Shown here piece by piece: positions 13,401 to 25,400 of a stretch of 64,000 nucleotides of DNA (positions are counted from its first letter, which is position 1; every line of letters starts with the position of its first letter). A program made the position numbers and the translations under genes. A model generated the notes under the pieces. The model did not search any database. It was not told where the DNA came from and saw only the letters and a program-made list of their open reading frames with translations. Origin of the DNA: Ramazzottius varieornatus (taxonomy: Eukaryota > Animalia > Tardigrada); NCBI GenBank assembly GCA_001949185.1, contig BDGG01000001.1, positions 2,745,324 to 2,809,323 of the forward strand, written 5' to 3'.

Positions 13401-16400
13401 GATCAATGGGTACTTTGAGATGCCATGGGAGACCTTGGATCTGACTGCCATTAACCAAGAACTTGCAGACCTGCAAGCCCGTTGCAAGAAATTGCCGAAA
13501 GGCATGAAGGACTGGCAGGCCTACGCGGACATGAAGAAGAAGATTGACGACTTCACTGAGTGTGTCCCCGTACTGGAAGCGATGACGAACAAGGCCATGA
13601 AAGACCGACATTGGGTTCGCATATCCGACCTGACGCAGTATCACTTCGATATGGAGATGGATGGTAAGAACCTGCTACTGAAGGATATCATGAAGGCTCC
13701 CATTCTGAAATTCAAGGATGAAATCGAGGTAAGTTATTCATTCGGAGTTCTATCGGTTAACATAGACTAGCCTAGTTTTCTTGGTAGGATATCTGTATTT
13801 CTGCCAACAAAGAAAACGATATCGAAGCTAAGCTCAAGGGCGTGATGGATACTTGGACCGCCGTCACGATCAAGTTTGGAGCGTACAAGGGCAAAGCGGA
13901 TGCTCTGGTCAAGGGTTCGGACACGATGGAAATCATCGGTCTGTGCGAAGACAGTCTGATGATCCTCAGCTCTCTACTAAGTAACAGGTAAGCTACCGCC
14001 GCAATTAGTTCAGTTTGTTTAGCTAAAGGTATCAGGCTGGGAATATGGTCGAATGAAAAATTTCGTTGCATTTGGAACGAGTACTTCCGGTTCGAGGTTG
14101 GTATCAGGTCTAGAGCGTATTTTGATCTAAGTTACTTAATCTGGCCGTGGTGTCCGAGTGGTTAAGGAGTCTGACTCGAAATCAGATGGGTTCTCCCGCA
14201 TAGGTTCGAATCCTATCCACGGCGTACTTTTTGCTTTTTCTTACAGTCATCACAGTATATTATACATATGTATCGCATCACGTGACATTACACACCGCAT
14301 TACAGATACAATGCCCCATTCAAGAAAGACATTCAAGCTTGGGTTCAGAAGCTGTCTACCACTTCCGAAATCATGGAAACTTGGTTGAGTGTCCAGAATC
14401 TCTGGGTATACTTGGAAGCTGTCTTTGTCGGTGGTGACATCGCCAAACAGTTGCCCAAAGAAGCCAAGAGATTCCAGGGCATTGACAAACAATGGCAAAA
14501 GATTATGGTGCGCGCCAAAGAGAACCCCAATGTGATTCAGTGCTGTGTCGGCGACGAGATCATGCAGGAAACTCTGCCGCAACTGGTCGAACAACTCGAG
14601 CTGTGCCAGAAATCCCTCACAGGGTAATTTTGTAGTTATTTTAGGCATTCTCGGGATTGAAGGAATTATTGGGGTTTTTTTGTCAGGTACTTGGAAGCAA
14701 AGCGTCTGGTCTTTCCGCGCTTCTTCTTCGTCTCCGATCCTGTCCTGCTAGAAATTCTCGGTCAAGCCAGCGATTCGCATACGATTCAGCCTTACTTGCT
14801 AAGTTGTTTCGATAACATCAACGATGTCATTTTCCACGAAAGAGAGTACGACCGAATCACTTCGGTCATTTCTCGAGAACACGAGAAAGTCATGGTAAAT
14901 CTCAGTTTGGGTTCTCTTAGTTAACAATTCTCTTTCGTACTAATGCCCTTACATAACTTGTCGCTTGTGTTATAGCTTGAGGTTGACGTCATCGCGAAGA
15001 ACGGTGTAGAACTATGGTTGGGCGAGCTCCTTCGGGAAGCCCAAAAGTCCCTCCACGGTGTCATCCGCGAAGCAAATCGCGCTATGCAGCTGCCGTCGTT
15101 CGAGCTGATGGGCTTCATGGACAGTTTTGTGGCGCAAGTGTGTTACGCATGTTCCAGAGAGACGCCCTCTAGTGTGACGTCCGGCCGGATAACCGATGAT
15201 TGTCTTTCTTAGGTTGGCCTTCTTGGTATCCAGCTGTACTGGACTAGGTTGGCCGAGATCGCCCTGAAGAACGCTCGATTGGACAAGATGGTCATGAAAC
15301 AAACCAACCAGAACTTCCTTAACATCCTCAACAAGCTCATTGAGCACACCACACACAATTTAACTCCCAACGACCGAGTGAAGTATGAGACGCTGATCAC
15401 GATTCACGTCCACCAGCGCGACATCTTCGACGAACTGGTAAAATCAAACCTCAGTGTGAAAACACTTGGCTGTGAATTCGCGGTACCTCACTTCCAGGTG
15501 CGGAATGATTGCCGATCGCTACAAGACTTTGCCTGGCTGAAGCAAGCTCGCTTTTACTTCAAAGATGACGTGGACCTTTGTGTGGTGTCTATCACAGATG
15601 TGGACTTCGTTTATCAGAACGAGTTTCTGGGATGCACTGATCGTCTCGTAATCACGCCCTTGACTGACAGGTATGATGCTTTATTCGGCCGTATTAGTGG
15701 AGACCCAAGATTCACCATGTGTCCTTTTGTAGGTGTTACATCACTCTTGCCCAGGCTCTTGGTATGCACATGGGTGGCGCTCCAGCTGGTCCTGCCGGTA
15801 CCGGTAAGACTGAAACCACCAAAGACATGGGCAAAGCTCTGGGCAAGTACGTCGTCGTCTTCAACTGCTCCGACCAGATGGACTTCCGCGGCTTGGGCCG
15901 TATCTACAAAGGTCTAGCACAGTCTGGATCGTGGGGTTGCTTCGATGAGTTCAATCGAATCGACCTTCCGGTGCTGTCTGTGGCCGCCCAACAGATCTAC
16001 ATCATCCTCACCGCCAAGAAAGACAAGAGGAAAGAATTCATCTTCTCGGACGGCGACCGCGTCTCGCTGAACCCCGAGTTCGGCATGTAAGTACCCGTAG
16101 TTGAATGTGAGCAATCTATAATCAATACATATCCTCGCATTTTCCATAAGAACAACTGAAAAATAATAATGGAAGCTCGGCAAACAAACTCTGAAGGATC
16201 GTTTCTCCGAGCGGCGCACACTTGTAGCCAGTAACACTGAAAACGTACACCGCTTGCGAAAACGAAATCGGCAGTGTTGTTTTTTGAACTGGCGCACGCT
16301 TCCAGCTAATAAAATCATTAGCATGCGCCACTTGTGATACAGTCTTGTCGAGTTTGTTTGCCGAGCTGCCAGTTTTTGGAAATCGGCCGAAAACCAATCA

Positions 16401-19400
16401 AAGTTTAAAATGTGTTTCAGTTTTTTGACCATGAATCCCGGTTACGCCGGTCGTCAAGAGCTTCCTGAGAACTTGAAGATCCAGTTCCGGACGGTAGCTA
16501 TGATGGTGCCCGATCGGCAGATCATTATGCGTGTCAAGTTGGCCAGTTGTGGTTTCATCGATAACGTTCTATTGGCCCAGAAGTTCTATGTTCTTTATAA
16601 GCTGTGCGAAGAACAACTTAGCAAGCAAGTTCACTACGATTGGGGTCTTCGAAACATTCTGTCAGTACTGCGTACTCTGGGTGCTCAGAAACGACAACGC
16701 GTGAACGACCCCGAACAAGCCATTGTGATGAGAGTCCTACGCGACATGAACTTGTCCAAGCTGGTGGATGAAGACGAACCATTGTTCACAAGTTTGATTA
16801 ACGACTTGTTCCCTGGGTTCAATTTGGACAGTAACACTTATGCCGACTTACAGAAGGCCATTGCCAATCAAGTAAGAAAATGGAAGATACCAGCTAACAA
16901 TTTTCGAACAAATTCGGCAAAAGTGACACACCTGCACACTGGCTTGCAGTTGTACCATGTACCTTTGTATGACAGCCGGGTAGATTTATTCTTTCACGTA
17001 CCTGCATACTAGAACATCAGTATGACTGATTGCTTAGTGTATGCAAGTACATATAAGAGGGGAGGACTTTAATTTCTTCCTTTCATTTCTCCTTTGGTGT
17101 TTTAATTGATGGTTATCGGTTATAGTGCGAGCAATGCAATTTGGTGAACCACCCAACATGGAACCTGAAAGTGGTTCAGCTGTACGAAACTCAGCGAGTC
17201 CGTCACGGTATGATGACGCTGGGACCGTCTGGTGCAGGCAAGACCACATGTATCAACGTTCTCATGAGGTCTATGACAGAGATGGGCGAGCCGCATAGGG
17301 AGATGAGAATGAACCCGAAAGCCATCACGGCACCTCAGATGTTTGGTCGACTTGATGTGGCGACCAACGACTGGACAGACGGTATCTTCTCCACACTTTG
17401 GCGAAGGTCGCTGAAGGCAAAGAAGAACGAGCACATTTGGCTGGTGCTAGACGGACCTATCGATGCTATTTGGATCGAAAACTTGAATTCCGTACTGGAC
17501 GACAACAAGGTAACTAGATATCTTTCACGAAAAGAACAAGACTAAATATCCAGATGATCAAGTCTTTGCAATGAGTTTTGTGGTTCTTTAGATGTTGACA
17601 CTGGCTAATGGTGATCGAATTCCCATGTCTCCGACGGCCAAAATTATATTCGAGCCCGACAACGTGAACAACGCCTCACCCGCAACCGTCTCACGTAACG
17701 GTATGGTCTTTATGAGTTCCTCCGTACTGACGTGGAAGCCTATCATGCAAGCCTGGCTCAAGGTCCAGTTCAAGTCCGATGTCACTCTGTTGATGCATCT
17801 CTTCGAAAAGATCTTCGACGATACTCGGGACTTCATCCAGACAAAGACCACGCCCAAGATCGAGCTCCTTGAATGTAATTTCATCAAGCAGGTAAGCTGT
17901 GATGTTATAGCCATATTGTGAAATTCTGATTGACGGGCTTACCTATGTAGACTTTGGACATCCTCATGGGTCTTGTTCAAATCAGAGGATTGCAGTCGAA
18001 GCTTTCCTATGCTTCTCTATTAAAGACCGAGAATACGCAAGCAGCTCATACCGAGAAGATGGTTCTGCTGGCCATACTCTGGAGCTTCGGTGCGGTACTC
18101 GAACAAGAAGACCGGATGAAACTTCAAGCGTTCATGGCAAGCAAAGGTCCCACGTGGGGACTTCAGTGTGCGAAAGACGACCTTGGCCGGCTCTTCGATC
18201 TCATCGTCGATAAGCAAGGTACCTCGCGAGCTTCATTAAGTTGTCAAAGAACTTCTTGGAAGCTCGGTTGTTCCCGCTGTTTAGGTAACTGGCAGCCGTG
18301 GACGTCGAAGGTGGAAGAGTACATTTACCCGGAGGACGTTATTCCCGACTACCGAAACATCCTCGTGCCCAACGTTGACAACGTCCGAACTAGCTTCATG
18401 ATGGACCTTCTAGCTAAACAAGGGAAGTCTGTACTGTTGATCGGTGAGCAAGGTACAGCCAAGACCGTCATGGTCAACAGCTACATGAAACAGTTCGACC
18501 CGGAAGTTAGGCTTTTCAAGAGCTTGAACTTCTCTTCTGCTACCACACCGCAAATGTTCCAGGTGCGTTCAATACAACCACGTGACTGTAATGGTATTTA
18601 TTACTTTTGGCAGGGTGGCTTCTCTCTATGTGGATTGTGTTTTGTAGCGTACGATAGAGGGATACGTGGACAAACGAGTCGGTACGATCTATGGTCCACC
18701 TGGCCAGAAACAGATGACCGTCTTCATCGACGACATCAGCATGCCGGTCGTCAACGACTGGGGTGATCAGGTTTGTGACTTTCGGCGAACTGTGCCAAAA
18801 ATCTTACATTTTTCGGAGACCATAACGTGTTAATGTGTTAAAAACACATTGGCCGCGTCGCCGTACAAAAATGTTGCAAAATCCTCCTCCAGCGACTTCA
18901 ACATAAAAACCCTAAACAAATACTGTACATGCACTGATTATACATTGGAAGTAAAGCTTTTGATTTAACCGGTATTAGATGTGAATCTCATGCGACACCG
19001 AATTTTTCATCGTCCCTCATGTGATCGTTACTTTTTCGGAAAGGTGACAAACGAGATCGTCCGACAGCTTATCGAGATGAAAGGTTTCTACAGCCTCGAC
19101 AAGCCCGGCGAGTTCTCCACCATCCTCGACCTGCAGTATATCGCTGCCATGAACCATCCGGGTGGGGGTCGTAACGACATTCCACCTCGTCTTAAGCGTC
19201 AGTTCTCCATCTTCAACTGCACCATCCCCACGGACCAGTCTATGGACAAGATTTTTGGTGCCATATCCAGTGGTCACTTCAGCCGGACGCGATACCCCAA
19301 CCTCGACTCTTTCAAGGAGGTTCTCACTTCACTGGTGCCGGCCACCCGGGTACTTTGGCAAGCCACAAAGGGCAAGATGTTACCGACACCAGCCAAGTTT

Positions 19401-22400
19401 CACTACATCTTCAACTTGCGAGATCTCTCTCGCGTCTGGGAAGGTATTTTGAAGATCCAAGCCGAACAGATATCGACGCCGGAAGAACTGGTGGCTTCTT
19501 GGAAATACGAATGCACCCGCGTCATCGCTGACAGGTAAGAAATCCAACAAATGAATTTATACGAAAACAGAGTTTATGAAAAGGACACAAACCTTTTTTG
19601 AACAAAATCTTGGTCAAATATTCAATTTTAATTTTTCTGTGTTTTAGGTTTATCACGGCGGATGATAAAACTTGGTTTGAGAAGAAACTGGTCGATGTGG
19701 CAAGCGAGAAGATCGGCTCCAGGTTCGGCACCTACTTATCGACATTCCAGCCTTACTTCGTCAACTTCCTACGGGACGCACCAGAACCTACCGGGGACGA
19801 GAAGGAAGATGCATCCTTCGACGCACCGAAGATCTACGAGAGAGTAAGTCTGACGTACAGAGTCCTCTTACTGTGTTTAGAACTTCTGTCACCCGGTATG
19901 CTTGGCGTTCTGCAGTTACAAAACTTGGACCAAGCCAGAGAGCGGTTGCACTATTTCATGAGGACTTTCAATGAATCAGTTCGCGGTAGCCGCCTGGACC
20001 TGGTCTTCTTCGAAGACGCCATCATCAACCTTGTTAAGGTGATCGATTTACCCAACTTTTGTTTCTATATTTTACTCTTTCTGGATGAAGTTTTGCCTTT
20101 CGTAGATTTCGCGTATCATCAACACTCCCGGAGGCCACGCCCTGTTGGTGGGAGTTGGTGGATCAGGAAAGCAGTCTTTGACCAAATTAGCTTCCTACAT
20201 TGCCGGTTACAGCGTCTTCCAGATCACATTGACCAGGTAATTTTGTTAGGCTTCTTCGTTCATCCGATATCGCGGACTCTGAATGTCGACCGGGTGTATC
20301 TAAACAGGTCGTACAACTTGTCGAACCTGATGGACGACCTGAAACACCTCTACCGTCTCAGCGGCGGTCCAGCCGGCAAAGGCATCACATTCATTTTCAC
20401 CGATAATGACATCAAAGACGAGAGTTTCCTGGAATACCTCAACAACATCCTCAAAGGTGGTGAAGTCTCCAGTCTTTTCGCTCGTGACGAACTGGACGAA
20501 GTCTGCCAAGAACTGGTCAACACCATGAAGAAAGAGTTTCCTAAACGCCCTCCTACCCAAGAGAACCTTTATGCCTACTTCTCCAGTCGCTGCAAGAAGA
20601 ACCTCCACGTCGTGCTGTGCTTCTCGCCAGTCGGTAACAAGTTCCGCGCCAGGTCGCTCAAGTTCCCCGGGTTGATTTCCGGCTGTACCATCGTGTGGTT
20701 CACCACATGGCCGAGAGACGCCTTGGTCGCCGTCTCCCGCCACTCGCTAGAAAAGTTCCCCATAGAGTGCTCACCCCAAGTCAAGAACCAGTTAATTGAG
20801 TGTCTGGGTTCTGTCCACGATTCGGTCTCAAAGATTTGTGTAGAATACTTCCAGAGGTTCAGAAGAGCCACGCATGTTACCCCGAAAAGCTTTTTATCTT
20901 TCGTCGAAATTTACAAGACCGTGTATAAGAGCAAAGTAGCCATCTACTTCGACCTGGCTGACAGGATGAAAATGGGTTTGGAGAAGCTGATTGAAGCTGG
21001 GGAGTCAGTGGAGAAGCTGAGTAAGGAACTGGTGTTCAAAGAGAGAGAGTTGGCGGTGGCTAGTGCTAGGGCGGAAAAAGTACTGGCGGATGTGTCGGTC
21101 AAGGCGGAAGCCGCTAATGTGGTCAAGACTGCCGTGCAGAAACAGAAAGATAGTTCGCAAGCAATCAAAGACACTATTGAGAAAGAGAAGCTGATCGCCG
21201 AAGAAATGTTGGAGGAAGCCAGACCGCTGTTGGAAAATGCGGAGAACGCATTGAAGACTATCCAGCCGGCAGCTATCGCCACTGTGCGGAAGCTGGCCAA
21301 GCCGCCATTCTTGGTCATGCAGATTATGGACTGTGTGCTGATTCTGTTCCAGAAGAAATTGGACCCGACGGTCTGGGATGCGGAAAAGCAGTTCTTCAAA
21401 CCATCCTGGGGAGAATCTTTGAAGGTGAGAACATTTCCACTACAGTCCAAGCAGTGGTCAAACTTTTGAATCTACACATTCGATATAAATTATCAAGGAG
21501 AAGGCTCCTCTCACCACCGCAATCATTAGGCAACACCACCAAGGGGCTCTTCTCACCACTTGCGTGTAGAGTTTTGACACCATCCACGGATCATCGCACC
21601 ACCACCCAGAATTTTATTTCGGTTGGTGGTGACCGAGACACCAAGAACAGTACTGTAGTAAGCAAATGCTTTTGAAATACGCGGAACTAGTATAATATAT
21701 GAACGATATCTCTCAAGGGGAATACAACAGCGGATGCGGTAACGGAGAACTCATAGAAGTACCACAGTATCCATATAAGATGAATAGGTACAGCTACTCT
21801 ATGACGACAATTTCCGGGACGACCCTGCGATCGGTGTTTGGCTGTTGCTCGGGTGTCCGTTGTGCCAAATATGCCACAGCGTCGTCCGGTTTCATAAAGC
21901 CGAAGTGTTGTTGGTGATAGTGACAAGATACATCACTTTCGCGGTGGTGGTGGTGAACTCAGGATTTTTTGGTTAATCTCACCACAATATCTAATTAAAG
22001 AATAAATTAGAAGTGGTGAGAGGAGCCCATCGGTGGTGTGTCAATTAAGAGCGGTGGTGAGATGAGCCGATCGGTGGTGTCGGTGGTGAGAGGAGCCCCC
22101 ACCAATTATTAATGGCCAACCCCCATTCGAAAGAAAATAGTTTTAAATTTTTCGACTTCCAATCCGCAAATCGGTGCTTCCTGGGCCTCTTCTTTGGGTG
22201 AACAAACTTTGTATGGGTCATATACCCTTCTGTTGTGCGTTCGACACCCCTCCGCAACGCTTCCGCTCGATTTAGTGACCAACCGGTCTAAACTGCCAGT
22301 CCAGGTCCAATCAAGCAAAATACTATCCCCATCAAGCAGTGGTTAGTTAAGACATGCTTTCATAGGCCTGTGAGGGTCAGAAGGCTTTCAAAGTTCCTTG

Positions 22401-25400
22401 AGCGATCAGTGAGGAACTGCAGATTCTAAACTAGACCATACAGTGAGTCCGATCGTCTCAAGGAGAACCATAGAAAAGTCCAAGAGGTGGATAGATCTGC
22501 AGCTGCATTGGAAATTAGTGAAAGAAGTATTAGTGGGAAACTGTCAGTGTTAGTGAACTGTTGACTGAAGAATTTTATAAGTTGTTAGTCTTATTTTTCT
22601 ATCTCTGTGTCTCGGTAGCTCGGTAGTCTCGGTAGCTAGAATCGCGGGAAAGGTTTTTTTACGGAAAATAATGGTCATAGTCATTGGGTCAGTTGTAAGA
22701 CAATGTTGGTTGCAGATGTTGAACGCAAGTGGCTTCCTTCAAAACCTGATGAACTACGATCGCGACTCGATCAACGAAGAAACGGTGGACCTCTTGGCTC
22801 CATACATCAACTACCCCAAGTACAACCGAGCAGAAGCCATGCGTTCCAGCGGGGATGTCGCTGGTCTGTTGCTGTGGACCATCGCCATGTCCGACTTTTA
22901 CTGGATCAACAGGAAGGTCCTTCCTTTGAAAGCAGCCTTGATCATCAAGGAGCGCAAGCTCGGTGAAGCCACGGCGTCCCTCAACGAAGCCCAGAAGAAA
23001 CTTGACGAGAAACAGGCCGAACTGGACGTTGTGCAAGCCATGTACGACAAAGCCATGGGTGAGAAGAAGATCCTTATGGACGATGCCGCCCTCTGTCGTC
23101 GCAAAATGTCGTCCGCCAACACGCTCATTAGCATGCTGGGTGGAGAACGAGTGCGATGGACGGCCCAGAGTAAGGAATACCTGGCTCAGATCGAACGGTT
23201 AGTATATCTGAAAAATGTCTTATAAGTGGAATGTGGTCAATTTGGTCATTCGAATGTTTTATAGGCTTGTCGGCGATGTCCTTATCTGTACTGCTTTCCT
23301 TTCCTACTCGGGTCCATTCAACCAAGAGTATCGCATGAACCTCCGGAAAGTATGGGAACATGACATGGACCAGCGGAAGATGCCGTATACGGACGAACTG
23401 AATGTTACCAGTATGATGATCGACGAAGCAACGGTAAGTATTCCGTCGAATTTCTCACGTGTTACTTCCGCATTTGCATGTGCTGATCTGGGTTAGGTGG
23501 AGTTTTGGGCGCTGCAAGGTTTGCCGAACGACGAGCTGTCCGTTCAGAACGGTATGATTGTGACGCAGTCAGCACGCTTCCCACTCTTGATTGATCCGCA
23601 GCAGCAAGGCAAGAACTGGATTCGTAACCGTGAGAAAGAGAACAGTCTGGTGGTGACCACCTTGAACCACAAGTACTTCCGCCAACATCTGGAAGATTCG
23701 CTATCCTTGGGCAAACCGATGCTGCTAGAGGATATCGAAGAAGAACTCGACCCTGTAATAGACAACGTCCTTGACAAAAATTTCATCAAGTCCGGCACCA
23801 CTCTGAAGGTACCGAGCAAAAATCCAACAAAATCAAGACCGTTAAGTTAGAAACACAGCAAAAACAATAAAGAAAAACAGGGGCCAGATCGTTTTTCCAA
23901 GTGGTGCACGTTATCGGTGATATTGACTGGAAGCGTGCGCCACTTGGGAAAATAATCTAGTCCAGTTAGTCTGCCGAGCTTCCAAATAGCAAGAAGAACA
24001 AAAGAAACAAAATTACAATATTACTGATTTAGGTGAAACTTGGCGACAAGGAAGTTGATGTAATGAGCGGTTTCCGTCTCTACATAACCACAAAGCTCGC
24101 TAACCCCTCCTACTCCCCCGAACTCTCCGCGCGTTGTGCCATCATCGATTTCACCGTCACGGCTAAAGGTCTGGAAGACCAGTTACTGGGTCGCGTAATC
24201 TTGACCGAGAAGAGGGAACTGGAAGCTGAACGAACCAAGCTTATGGAGGACGTCGCGGCCAACAAGAACCAGCAACAGAAACTTGAAGAGAACTTGCTGT
24301 TCAAGTTAACCAGTATTAAGGGTTCGCTGGTGGACGATCCAACACTCATCGACGTGCTGTCAGAAACCAAGACCACTGCGTCGGAAGTGGCGGCCAAACT
24401 GATTGTAGCAGATCAGACCAAGAAGAAGATTAACGCTGCTCGTGAAGAGTACCGCTCTGTGGCGTCTCGTGGAAGTACCCTGTATTTTTTGATCTCGGAA
24501 ATGACTAAAGTCAACTCGATGTACCAAGTTGCGCTGAAACAGTTCTTGGGCTTGTTCGACCAATCCATGGCAAAGTAAGGGATATCTACTCTTGGTCAAA
24601 GCACATAATTCTCTAATCCATTTTTGATGTTTTTCTAGGGCTCAGAAATCTTCCAACGTGGCGACCAGAGTGGCAGCTATCATCGAAACCTTGACATACG
24701 CGACGTTCAAATACACCTGTCGTGGGCTGTACGAGTCTCACAAGTTCCTCTTCACTATCATGTTGGCACTAAAAACGGACATGCAAAGAGGCACCGTGAC
24801 TTACGACGAATTCCAGGTCTTCATCAAAGGTACGAAAACCTCATGGTTCGAAACAACTGAGTCTGAACTTCCGGTGCGCGTATTGACATGGGTGAATTCC
24901 TACAGGTGGCGCCACTGTAGTTCCTGACCCGCAGATGGAGAAGATCCGGCCGAAATGGATCATTGCCATGACCTGGAACAATTTGCAAGCTTTGGCAAAG
25001 TTACCATACTACCGGGACGTTGTGCGCCAGGTACCGTATGAATAGCTCCAACGAAGAAGTGTTCTCTGAACATTGTCTGATGGGAAGCTGTTTAGGTGGC
25101 CGACAATGAGAAACTGTGGCGCACATGGTTCGACAAGGAAGCTCCAGAGCTTGAGCCCTTCCCCAACGAAGTATACAACACCTACGACATTTTCAAGCGC
25201 TTCCTCCTGATTCGCAGCTTGTGTCCTGATCGGACCATCGCCATGGCCCGGAGGTACATCACGAACAGCTTGGGCACCCCGTTCGCCGAGCCAGTCGTAC
25301 TCAACCTTGAAGCTACATGGGGCGAAAGCGAACCGAGAGTACCACTTGTTTGCTTCCTGTCCATGGGCTCCGACCCAACTAACCAGATCGAAGCATTGTC

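Noticed and set aside
14158-14388. 76-aa ORF overlapping the tRNA
   Set aside because: Incidental translation of tRNA and intron sequence.
19598-21469. 623-aa ORF as a stand-alone gene
   Set aside because: It reads through several dynein introns and is out of frame across the AAA4 P-loop exon (~20107-20236); it is part of the spliced dynein gene.
22610-22637. CTCGGTAG tandem triplication (also the CATCG/CATCA run at ~63022-63047)
   Set aside because: Short simple repeats consistent with slippage; no further structure.
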